A stretch of 64,000 nucleotides of DNA from Candidatus Bathyarchaeota archaeon (GTDB lineage Archaea; Thermoproteota; Bathyarchaeia; Hecatellales; Hecatellaceae), in the NCBI GenBank assembly GCA_052246995.1, contig JBQPWD010000002.1, forward strand, positions 128,001 through 192,000. Reading direction: 5' to 3'. Of the stretch, positions 17,978 through 26,536 are shown piece after piece. The notes under the pieces were generated by a model. It was given only the letters and a program-made list of their open reading frames with translations, was not told the DNA's origin and searched no databases. The position numbers and the translations under genes were made by a program. Position 1 is the stretch's first letter. The number at the start of each line of letters is the position of its first letter.

Positions 17978-18847
17978 TTACACCAGAATACTCGATTTTT
18001 TATTGTTAACATTTGCTACCAGAATTTCTTCACCATACTTTTTCCAAACATCCAGAACATCGTCAAGCTTATGATTTTCCACAACAGCTACAACAGCAGG
18101 ACCCTTACCACTTAAACCTGAAGCTATAGCCCCCGCGTTTAAAGCATCAAAAACAATGTCTGTCTTGTATCCAAGAATTGATGAATAAAGCAAACCGTTT
18201 AAGGTTAAAGCCTCCCAGTATTTTCTGTTTAAAGCCCTTTCAAATGCAATTTTAACGTACGGTGCTATTAATTTAACCTTTTTAGCGTTAACACTTACCG
18301 TGTAGGTTTTTTTCTTCGGTACATAAATTAAAACTTTATACTTAGTTGCAACTTTTTCCCTTCTGATCATTTTATGCTTAACGTTATCTGTTACAACAAC
18401 TCCGCCAAAGTAGGAGGCACATACATCATCAAAAGCACCTGTAATGGTTGTTTTTGCTCTAAAAGCAGCTTTAACACTAAGATTAATGATTGTTTCATCA
18501 TCTAAACTTTTACCTAAGGCTGTAAGTGTTGCGAGAATAATAGCGTTTGCAGCAACACTACTGCTTTTTAAGCCCCTAGCAATAGGTATGTTTGACATCG
18601 TTTCAACTTTTGCACCAAACTTTTCTTTAACACCAAAATAATCAAAAACAACTTTAACAGCTTCCTCAATAAGTTTGGTATCCTCGTTGTTACTGGAAAG
18701 TATTCTTCCTCTAACAACGCCAGCTTCATTGGTTAATTCAACTTTTGCCTCTGTTTTTAAGTCTAAACCAAAAGCAGCACCCTTACCTATCGCTATAGCA
18801 TTAACTATTGTCGCTGCACCATAAGCGATAGCTTTACCGTAACTCAT
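17978..18847 (-). CDS. aroK: archaeal (GHMP-family) shikimate kinase
   Basis: ATIVNAIA, IPIARGLKSSS, TGAFDD, GLSGKGP; inside the aro operon. Confidence 0.93.
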   Translation of the reverse strand: MSYGKAIAYGAATIVNAIAIGKGAAFGLDLKTEAKVELTNEAGVVRGRILSSNNEDTKLIEEAVKVVFDYFGVKEKFGAKVETMSNIPIARGLKSSSVAANAIILATLTALGKSLDDETIINLSVKAAFRAKTTITGAFDDVCASYFGGVVVTDNVKHKMIRREKVATKYKVLIYVPKKKTYTVSVNAKKVKLIAPYVKIAFERALNRKYWEALTLNGLLYSSILGYKTDIVFDALNAGAIASGLSGKGPAVVAVVENHKLDDVLDVWKKYGEEILVANVNNKKSSILV

Positions 18848-18869
18848 ACACTTTCTCCAAACTAGAAAT

Positions 18870-19748
18870 TTAATCTTTCTTCAAGTTTTTAAGAACAACT
18901 TTAAACATTTCTTCGGTAGGCGGTTTTCTTTCAAACCATATCTCAAAAGCCTTAGCAGCTTGGTACACTAACATATTGATACCTTCCACTACCTTTACAC
19001 CCTTTTTCTTGGCCTCGGTAAGTAGTCTTGTCTTTAAAGGTTCATATATTATGTCAAAAACAACTATACCTGGCTTAATAAAATCTTTATTAACAGGTGT
19101 TTCCCAAATTTTAGGATACATCCCAACAGATGTTGCATTTATCAGGACATCAGCGTCTTCAAGCTCATTTTTAAGATTTAAATCATCTAACTTTAAACCT
19201 TTAGCTTTTATGTTAAAGTTCATCGTTAAGGATTTTTCTATTTCTACCGCTTTTTCTACAGTCCTATTAAGTATTACTATTTCTCCACCTCTACCAAGTT
19301 TCTCCAATTGTTGAGCAAGTGTAAAGGCTATTGATTTTCCAGCACCTCCAGCCCCTATAACCACCACCTTCTTTCCCTTAAGCTCCACATTACTATGTTT
19401 AAGAGCCTCTAAAGCACCAATACCGTCAGTATTATATCCTACAAGTTTCTCGTCAACGTTTTTCACGGTATTTACAGCACCGATTTTCTCAGCTAAACTA
19501 TCCAACTCATCAAGTAGGGGTATTATTAAAGTTTTATAGGGCATTGTGACGTTAAATCCTGAAACATTTAAACTTCTTAAACCATTAACAGCCCTTTCAA
19601 GGTTTTCTCTTGAAACATTAAAGGCAAGGTAAACAGCATTTATACCAAGTTTCTCAAATATGGCATTATGAATTACTGGACTTAACGAGTGTTGAACAGG
19701 GTTACCTATTAGACAATATAATTTTGTTTTACCGTTGATTAGCCTCAA
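18870..19748 (-). CDS. aroE: shikimate dehydrogenase
   Basis: HSLSP, NVTMPYK, GAVNT, NTDG, GAGGAG, NATSVGM. Confidence 0.96.
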   Translation of the reverse strand: MRLINGKTKLYCLIGNPVQHSLSPVIHNAIFEKLGINAVYLAFNVSRENLERAVNGLRSLNVSGFNVTMPYKTLIIPLLDELDSLAEKIGAVNTVKNVDEKLVGYNTDGIGALEALKHSNVELKGKKVVVIGAGGAGKSIAFTLAQQLEKLGRGGEIVILNRTVEKAVEIEKSLTMNFNIKAKGLKLDDLNLKNELEDADVLINATSVGMYPKIWETPVNKDFIKPGIVVFDIIYEPLKTRLLTEAKKKGVKVVEGINMLVYQAAKAFEIWFERKPPTEEMFKVVLKNLKKD

Positions 19749-19751
19749 AAA

Positions 19752-20444
19752 TTAAGCACCAATAATACTAAAAATTTTTTTTAATTCATTAATAGTCAAC
19801 TGTCCCTTAGCTGATTCCTTTCCTTTAAGTAGTGAAGCGTAAGTATACTCTCCACCAAAAATTGGGGATAAAATTCTTGATGGAACACCTAATTTTCCCA
19901 TACAAAAAGAAACAATTCTCCACTTTTTTGATGCTTTAGATAAGAAACTTAAACATTCTAGGTTATCCTCTAACCTTTTTGCTGTAAAAATGATTTTTAA
20001 AATATCAGCTTTTATATTCACCATTCGTCTAAACAATTTAAACATTTCGCTAATTGTTGGAGTTAACTTGAAGTTGTGATGTGAAACTATTGTTTTACAT
20101 CCAAGGTTTTTTATCTCTGCTATATACTGTTCTACTTTTTCTACCGAAAATTCCATGTCCACATAATCAAAGTTACATTGAGCTGCTTTTAAAAGAACAT
20201 TTAACCTATCATTTTCAGGTTGAGTTGAATATCCACCTTCCCCTATAGGCCTATTTGTTGCTATTAATGGTAAACTTGTTGTTTCTCTAACTTTTTTTAA
20301 ATCAAAATTTGTTAAATTCTTAACGTAGTCTATTCTCAGCTCTGCAAGGTCAGCTTCATCTTTTTCAGCTTTAACTAGCATTTTTTCTACTTCTTTAATA
20401 CTTCTTCCGATAATAACAACACAGATTTTGGCTTTATCTTTCAA
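19752..20444 (-). CDS. aroD: type I 3-dehydroquinate dehydratase
   Basis: ELRID, ATNR...EGG, SHHNF, MGKLG..SRI, AKGQL. TTG 20444 chosen because of the upstream SD GAGGA. Confidence 0.92.
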   Translation of the reverse strand: MKDKAKICVVIIGRSIKEVEKMLVKAEKDEADLAELRIDYVKNLTNFDLKKVRETTSLPLIATNRPIGEGGYSTQPENDRLNVLLKAAQCNFDYVDMEFSVEKVEQYIAEIKNLGCKTIVSHHNFKLTPTISEMFKLFRRMVNIKADILKIIFTAKRLEDNLECLSFLSKASKKWRIVSFCMGKLGVPSRILSPIFGGEYTYASLLKGKESAKGQLTINELKKIFSIIGA

Positions 20445-21510
20445 TAACTGATTCCTCTTTGACAAGGGTACCAAAATGTCTTCCACCAGGATTCCAGTAA
20501 ACTAAAACTTCATCATCGGGTTTAAGGTCTCTTATAGACTTTGAACCGTCTCTTGTAACTAAAAATATTGTTTCAGCGTTTTGTACAATTGTTTTAACAA
20601 TGTTACCTTCAACCTCAGCTTCTACAAGCATTAACGGTCTTTTCTCAATTTTTACACGTGCAATAGTTGTAACTCTAAAATTTCCATTTCTATCAACAAT
20701 TAAAACTTCATCACCAGCTTTTAACTCAGAGAGATATCGAGTTTTGTTTCCTGGTGTAAGTAAGTAAAGGGATACAGGTCCAGCGTTAACCCTAAACGGT
20801 CTAGGTTCAACATAAGGATTTTCAAAAACTTCAGCTTGAATAAGAAAAAGTCCTGCAGATTGGCAACCAACAAGCATTCCCTCTCCTCTGTTCATAAGCT
20901 CACAAGTATCTATACAAACACGGTCTCCTAAACCAAGTTCTCTACATCCAATAATTTTAGCCTGTTTAAGCTCTAATCTTCTTAATTTTTCCTCCTCAAT
21001 AATTTTTGCAACACCCACCAGAATTTTAGGCTCGTTTGTCTTTAAAATCAAGCCATCAACACCGATTTCTAAAGTTTTCATCATTAACTTTGCTTCTTCG
21101 ACGCTGGAAACTTCAACTAAAAGCTTACTCCTTCTATGGACCTTTGCTATAAGGTTCTCCAATGGAATAACTTTCCAGTTTAAACATCGGATGATGATGT
21201 AATCAACATTCTTCTCAGCAGCCTCAACCACCTTCTTTTCGTCACTTCCGCTTGTTATATTTACTAATAGGCAAACCTTTTTTCCGCTATTCTTTAAACT
21301 CGTCATCAATTCTTCATCAATTTTATCCAAAAAAACTATTTCATTGTTTATATCTTTAGATGTAACAGTAAGTCCCAAGGATTTTATGCAAGAAGCCAGG
21401 TTCTTATTTGACGTAATAACTCTACAAGCTACCTTTTTTGATGCCTCTAAAAGCGTATTTTTAAATTCTTCCTGTATAGAGTCTTCAATGCTAACCCACA
21501 GTTCCTTCAA
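20434..21510 (-). CDS. aroB': 3-dehydroquinate synthase II (archaeal oxidative-deamination type)
   Basis: WKVIPLEN, GDRVCIDT, RPFRVNAG, YLSEL, QNAETI, GRHFG. Confidence 0.95.
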   Translation of the reverse strand: MKELWVSIEDSIQEEFKNTLLEASKKVACRVITSNKNLASCIKSLGLTVTSKDINNEIVFLDKIDEELMTSLKNSGKKVCLLVNITSGSDEKKVVEAAEKNVDYIIIRCLNWKVIPLENLIAKVHRRSKLLVEVSSVEEAKLMMKTLEIGVDGLILKTNEPKILVGVAKIIEEEKLRRLELKQAKIIGCRELGLGDRVCIDTCELMNRGEGMLVGCQSAGLFLIQAEVFENPYVEPRPFRVNAGPVSLYLLTPGNKTRYLSELKAGDEVLIVDRNGNFRVTTIARVKIEKRPLMLVEAEVEGNIVKTIVQNAETIFLVTRDGSKSIRDLKPDDEVLVYWNPGGRHFGTLVKEESVIER

Positions 21511-21511
21511 T

Positions 21512-22300
21512 TTAGCCCTCCTTAAGAATTTTTAATGCTCTTTCAACGTCAGAATTTTCATGTACAATAGCATTTAACGCCTTAACCATTTTTGCTGGGT
21601 CTTCATGTTGAAAAACATTTCTACCAATAGATACTCCTACTGCTCCAGCTTCAATAGAATCATAAACCATACTTAAAAATTCAACTTCATTCTTGGTTTT
21701 TGGTCCTCCAGCAATAACTATTGGAACAGGACAGCTTTCAACAACCTCTCTAAAGCTTTTAATACTTCCAGTATAGTTTGTTTTCACAATATCCGCGCCT
21801 AGTTCAGCTCCAACTCTTGCAGCATGCTTAACAAGCTCAACATCATGCTCATTTTGAATCTTTGGTCCTCGAGGGTACATCATTGCAAGTAAGGGTATAC
21901 CAAATTCTGCAGCTTTATCAGCAATTTTACCAAGATATTCTAACATTCTTGGTTCTTGAGTTGCTCCAACGTTAACATGTACAGACACTCCATCAGCACC
22001 AAGTCTTAAAGCCTGTTTTATACTGCAAACCTTAACCTTCCAGTGTAAATCAGGGCCTAAACTTGTACTTCCTGAAAGATGAACTATAATACCCATCTTT
22101 CCAAAGTTTACCCTACTAGCAATACCTTTATGAACAACAACAGCATCAGCTTCCCCAAGAATAAGCCTATCAGCTATCCATTGCATGTTTACAATTCCTT
22201 TAACAGGTCCAATAGATACTCCGTGATCCATTGGAACAATAACTGTTTTTCCATTACTTCTAAAAATTCTACTTAACCTTCTTTTTTTACCGATCTCCAA
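21512..22300 (-). CDS. aroA': 2-amino-3,7-dideoxy-D-threo-hept-6-ulosonate synthase (DhnA-type aldolase)
   Basis: PMDHG, MMYPRG, AELGADIVKT, AGGPK, GRNVFQ; directly upstream of aroB'. Confidence 0.92.
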   Translation of the reverse strand: MEIGKKRRLSRIFRSNGKTVIVPMDHGVSIGPVKGIVNMQWIADRLILGEADAVVVHKGIASRVNFGKMGIIVHLSGSTSLGPDLHWKVKVCSIKQALRLGADGVSVHVNVGATQEPRMLEYLGKIADKAAEFGIPLLAMMYPRGPKIQNEHDVELVKHAARVGAELGADIVKTNYTGSIKSFREVVESCPVPIVIAGGPKTKNEVEFLSMVYDSIEAGAVGVSIGRNVFQHEDPAKMVKALNAIVHENSDVERALKILKEG

Positions 22301-22314
22301 AGGTTTACACCTTT

Positions 22315-23364
22315 TTAAACATATCCTTCTGATTTAAGGAGTTCAGCATTAAGTATGGAGCATCCTGCTGCGCCCCTAATAAGGTTATGTCCTAAAACAA
22401 CATACTTTACACAATCAAAAACTTTGTCATATCTTACCCTTCCAACAACAACAGCCATACCACCACCAGCCATTCTATCAATTCTTGGTTGAGGACGGTT
22501 ATCTTCAGGTCTAACAATTATTGGAGGATGAGGAGCTGTTGGAAGTTTAAGTTTTTGTGGTGCTCCTTCAAAGTTTTTCATCGCTTCAATTATTTCATCG
22601 GGTTTTACCTTCTTTTCTGTTTCAACAAATACAGCTTCAACATGTCCATCAATTGTTGGAACTCTATGACAGCTTGCAGAAACCTTAAAATTTGCATGTT
22701 GATGAGGTAAACCCATTATTTTTAAGGTTTCTCTTTCCACCTTTTCTTCTTCATCTTTAATGAAGGGTATAATGTTGTCAATAATGTCTAATGATGCAAC
22801 CCCAGGATAGCCAGCACCGGAAACAGCTTGCATTGTTGAAACTACGACACGTTTTAAACCAAAGTTGTCATATATTGGCTTTAATGATAAAGTTAGTATT
22901 GCTGTTGTACAATTTGGATTTGTAACTATAGCACCATCCCAGTTTCTTTTTTTACGTTGTTTATCAATCATGCTGACATGGTCAGCATTTACCTCAGGAT
23001 TTAATAGTGGAACATCATCATCCATTCTGTGAGAACTCGCGTTACTTAAAACTATAAACCCGTTTTTTGCAAATTCCTCCTCAATTTGGTAAGCAGCATC
23101 AGAAGGAAGGGCTGAAAAAATAACGTCCACATCCTCATTCTTAAACAGGTTAGGGTCCAAGGGTTTAACCTCTAATTCCCTAGTTTTGCTGGAAAAATCT
23201 TCACTACTTCCCTTAACAGTTTCACCGTATGTCCTGCCTGCAGATTTTTCGGAAGCTGCTACGCTTTTTAACTCAAACCATGGATTTTTTTCTAAAAGCT
23301 TAACAAATTTTTGCCCAACTAGTCCAGTTGCACCTAAAACACCAGCTTTAATTCTTCCAGTCAA
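22315..23364 (-). CDS. asd: aspartate-semialdehyde dehydrogenase
   Basis: GATGLVGQ, NPNCTT, QAVSGAG, CHRVP..DGH, HNLIRGAAG. Confidence 0.96.
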   Translation of the reverse strand: MTGRIKAGVLGATGLVGQKFVKLLEKNPWFELKSVAASEKSAGRTYGETVKGSSEDFSSKTRELEVKPLDPNLFKNEDVDVIFSALPSDAAYQIEEEFAKNGFIVLSNASSHRMDDDVPLLNPEVNADHVSMIDKQRKKRNWDGAIVTNPNCTTAILTLSLKPIYDNFGLKRVVVSTMQAVSGAGYPGVASLDIIDNIIPFIKDEEEKVERETLKIMGLPHQHANFKVSASCHRVPTIDGHVEAVFVETEKKVKPDEIIEAMKNFEGAPQKLKLPTAPHPPIIVRPEDNRPQPRIDRMAGGGMAVVVGRVRYDKVFDCVKYVVLGHNLIRGAAGCSILNAELLKSEGYV

Positions 23365-23367
23365 AAC

Positions 23368-24603
23368 TCAACCACCCTTCAACAACCCGGATTTAGATAA
23401 ACTTTCCTTTATAAGCAAGAAAGCTTTTTCTTTATCATTCCAATGTATAAATAGTCTTACAGATGAGCTTACCGTTATAAGTCCGTAAAGGTTTATACTA
23501 TTTAAGCTGAGTGGTGCAACAACAGTATCAATAATTCCCGGAGTTTCTTCAAGGTCATGTCCTGAAATAGTTATCTGGGATAATGGTTCAAAACTATGAA
23601 TAGCTTTAGCAATTTTTTCATTCCTTATTAAACTATGGAGCTTGTTAATAAATTCTGGCATACATTCTTCAATGTAAAGAATAAGGGATGGATAGGAAAA
23701 TGTCAAACCTAAGAGCTTCTCTAAGGGTAATTCCTCAGATAGAATTTTGGGTAACGTAGTTGCCGGAGAAATTTCTTTACCTACTATAGTTATCATAGAA
23801 ACAGGTTTGTTGTTTAATACAACCTTTAAACCTAAGTTTATTTCGCCTTTAATAATTGTTCCACCTGAGAAATCTTCGTTTAAACCTACTACTCTAACCG
23901 TAATCTCGTTTTTTGCATATTTTAACGCTTTTGGATGAAGAACCTTTGCTCCAGCGGAACTCAAAGTGTACATTTCCTCAGCATCTAAAACATTTATTTT
24001 TTCAGGGTTAGAAACTTTTTTTGGATCTGCCGAGAGAATTCCACCAACATCTTTAACAAAAATAACTTCATCAGAATTTAAACATCTTCCAAGAACCATA
24101 GCGGTGATGTCGCTTCCACCTCTACCTAAGGTTGTAACTTTACCTTCAGGAGATAAACCTATAAAGCCAGGTATAACTACAACATATCCTTTATCAATTA
24201 AAGGTTTGATTTTTTCCAAGATAGCATTCTCAGTCTTATCAAGTAGGACTTCCGCATTTCCATAATTTGAGTCGGTATAAATTGGCCAGAGGTTATCTAG
24301 AGGATCCAAACCTACAACTTTTAAACCTAAAGCCTTTAATGCAACACTCATTAAACGCGTTGCGGTCCGTTCACCCATTGATAAAACCTCATCAAGCTCA
24401 GATTTTCCAAGGTTGTTTAATGAGATTTCATGAGCTGTTTTAAGAAGTTGGTCGGTTACACCAGCTAAAGCTGAAACCACAACAACAATTTTGGTGCCTT
24501 TTTTAACTTCTTTAGCAATTTTTTCAGCAGCCAGCGTAAAATCTTTTGAAGATGCTAGTGTAGAACCACCAAATTTTACAACAATTGTTTTAGCATTTTT
24601 CAT
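23368..24603 (-). CDS. lysC: aspartate kinase (first gene of the aro operon)
   Basis: VVKFGGST, VVVSA, SMGER, TTLGRGGSD, GAKVLHP; ACT-like C-terminus. Confidence 0.9.
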   Translation of the reverse strand: MKNAKTIVVKFGGSTLASSKDFTLAAEKIAKEVKKGTKIVVVVSALAGVTDQLLKTAHEISLNNLGKSELDEVLSMGERTATRLMSVALKALGLKVVGLDPLDNLWPIYTDSNYGNAEVLLDKTENAILEKIKPLIDKGYVVVIPGFIGLSPEGKVTTLGRGGSDITAMVLGRCLNSDEVIFVKDVGGILSADPKKVSNPEKINVLDAEEMYTLSSAGAKVLHPKALKYAKNEITVRVVGLNEDFSGGTIIKGEINLGLKVVLNNKPVSMITIVGKEISPATTLPKILSEELPLEKLLGLTFSYPSLILYIEECMPEFINKLHSLIRNEKIAKAIHSFEPLSQITISGHDLEETPGIIDTVVAPLSLNSINLYGLITVSSSVRLFIHWNDKEKAFLLIKESLSKSGLLKGG

Positions 24604-24776
24604 CCACTAATAACCTCCTGAGGATTTAAAAAAAGCTTAAGCAACAATATTAGAATAGAAATTAAAGAATGGTTTTTTCTAATAGCGAAAAACTTTGTTA
24701 AAGCATGAATAGTTAAAGTAAACTCGATACCTCCTATCCACCACGCAGACCTTCCTAAGATACTTTTAAGTATCAA
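24600..24776 (-). CDS. candidate 58-aa leader peptide with tandem Trp codons (below the ORF-track cut-off)
   Basis: TTG start; MILKSILGRSAWWIGGIEFTLTIHALTKFFAIRKNHSLISILILLLKLFLNPQEVISG*. Stop overlaps the aspartate kinase start (ATGA). No clear SD before the TTG. Confidence 0.5.
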   Translation of the reverse strand: MILKSILGRSAWWIGGIEFTLTIHALTKFFAIRKNHSLISILILLLKLFLNPQEVISG

Positions 24777-24785
24777 GTTCTTAAG

Positions 24786-24838
24786 CTTAAATATTTAAGT
24801 TTTATGGTTGAAGGTAAAATTCATTTTCAGCTGAAAAT
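24786..24838. promoter_or_regulatory. two perfect palindromes in the divergent promoter region
   Basis: CTTAAATATTTAAG (24786-24799, TATA-like on both strands) and ATTTTCAGCTGAAAAT (24823-24838). Confidence 0.45.
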
Positions 24839-24923
24839 TGAGAAGAGTTTTTATGTTATGAGTGGTTATAAAGTTAAGACATGAAGACTTCGTGGTTATA
24901 GTTAGTTAAGAGGTATAACGTTT

Positions 24924-25271
24924 ATGAGTGGAGATGAAATAAGCATAAACCTTAAGGTGGTATCCATACACCCATTTTTCGATGCATACGGGAATGAGTA
25001 TGTTTGTGTTGAGTTTGGTATTGAAGCTCAAAAACCTCCAGCAGTAATGTCTATGCCTCCCAATATTCCACAAGAATTATCAATAGTCATGCCTATTATA
25101 GCCCAGCTACCTAGAATGCTTTCACAAGGTAAAGTTTACACAAATAGGCTTGTACTTTTTCTTACAGTTCATGAATGGGAAAAAATGGAATATAAGTATC
25201 ATTATGGAGAAGAGGTTGAAATTAGGGTTAACAAGAAAACAGGAGAAATAAAACTAATACCGTTAGGTTAA
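24924..25271 (+). CDS. arcadin-1-like protein
   Basis: Length and blocks VVS..FDAYGNEYV, VMPIIAQLPRML, GK...RLVLFLT..E and GEEVEI match Pyrobaculum arcadin-1 as I recall it. Confidence 0.7.
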   Translation: MSGDEISINLKVVSIHPFFDAYGNEYVCVEFGIEAQKPPAVMSMPPNIPQELSIVMPIIAQLPRMLSQGKVYTNRLVLFLTVHEWEKMEYKYHYGEEVEIRVNKKTGEIKLIPLG

Positions 25272-25294
25272 GATCAAAAACTGAACTAAGAAAG

Positions 25295-26239
25295 TTACCT
25301 TCTAGCTTTAACAAACCTAGAAATTTCTGTTCTTATTTGACTGTCACTAATGCCGATAAACACAGTTGCTGTTTTTAGGTCTCCATTTTCAATAAGCGTG
25401 TTAACATGTTGTTTAACAATTTTTTTTGGCCTATAACCTATGCCTAAACCAGACTTCTTAAGTAAAAGGATATCATTAGCCCCATCTCCAATAGCTATAC
25501 ATTTACTTAAATCCGCTTTCTCCTTTTTTGCAATATCCATGAGTGCTTTAAGCTTGTCTTCGGGGCTTAAAATACTACCTTTAAACCTTCCAGTCAAGAC
25601 ACCGTCTTTGATTTCCAGTTTGTTTGCATAAACATACTTTACTCCAAGTTTCTCAGCAATATGATTAGCAAAAATATCAAATCCACCAGTAATTATTGCT
25701 ATTACAAACCCCGCTTTCTTAAGTTCTCCAATAAGGTCCTGAGCACCAGGAGATAGTTCTAGTTTATTCTTCAATTTTTCAAGTTTCCTTAAAGGAAGAC
25801 CTTTAAGGAGAGAAACTCTTTTAGATAAAGCTTCCTTAAAATCCATTTTCCCCTCCATAGCCTTTTTTGTAACATCCTTAACCTTATCCTCAACACCTGC
25901 AAGTTTAGCCATTTCATCAATAATTTCCATGTTTACTAAGGTACCATCCATGTCAAAGGCGATAATCCTCTTCCTCTTCAGATATGTTTTTTCATCCTCG
26001 ACTGATATTCCAGAGCCTAACCTTATTCCTTCATTTTTTAATTCCGATACAAGCTTAGTTAGACTTGTAGTTATGTTTGAAGTATCAACAACCATAACCA
26101 TAACAAACATTTCTCCAAGAATTGACGCCCTACTCTTTAGAATATTTGCATTATACCTGTAAAGAACCTTAGATATTCCCGCAACAATTCCAGGCCTATC
26201 TTTGCCGACCGTTGTAACTATTATTGTACGCCTTCTCAT
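25295..26239 (-). CDS. serB: phosphoserine phosphatase with N-terminal ACT domain
   Basis: GKDRPGIV (ACT), FDMDGTL, EIIDEMA, TGGF, GDGAND. Confidence 0.94.
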   Translation of the reverse strand: MRRRTIIVTTVGKDRPGIVAGISKVLYRYNANILKSRASILGEMFVMVMVVDTSNITTSLTKLVSELKNEGIRLGSGISVEDEKTYLKRKRIIAFDMDGTLVNMEIIDEMAKLAGVEDKVKDVTKKAMEGKMDFKEALSKRVSLLKGLPLRKLEKLKNKLELSPGAQDLIGELKKAGFVIAIITGGFDIFANHIAEKLGVKYVYANKLEIKDGVLTGRFKGSILSPEDKLKALMDIAKKEKADLSKCIAIGDGANDILLLKKSGLGIGYRPKKIVKQHVNTLIENGDLKTATVFIGISDSQIRTEISRFVKARR

Positions 26240-26248
26240 AAGCCAAAC

Positions 26249-26530
26249 CTAAGCTGAAACAAGCAGTTTTACAGGATAAACGTGGATTTTTAAGCCTATT
26301 TTTTTTCCTTCCACACTAAGTTTACTAGTTAGTTCATTTAGTTTTTTGTTTAAGTTTGGGTTTAAGAGCTTAACAATCATTGACATCACGAATATGCCTT
26401 GAAGCACTACTTGGTCAAGTTCCTCAATATTTCCCATTAACTCTGAAACTATTGAGGTTACTCTTGCAACAAGCCCAGGCTTGTCTTTACCAATAGCAAC
26501 TATAACAACTTTGCTTTCCATTTCCACCAT
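26249..26530 (-). CDS. stand-alone ACT-domain protein
   Basis: GKDKPGLVA...NIEELDQ..LQGIFVM. Confidence 0.88.
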   Translation of the reverse strand: MVEMESKVVIVAIGKDKPGLVARVTSIVSELMGNIEELDQVVLQGIFVMSMIVKLLNPNLNKKLNELTSKLSVEGKKIGLKIHVYPVKLLVSA

Positions 26531-26536
26531 TTCTTA

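Noticed and set aside
24720-24780. T-box riboswitch in the aro leader (TGGT could pair with tRNA ACCA)
   Set aside because: No T-box consensus, antiterminator bulge or Stem I motifs were recognisable.
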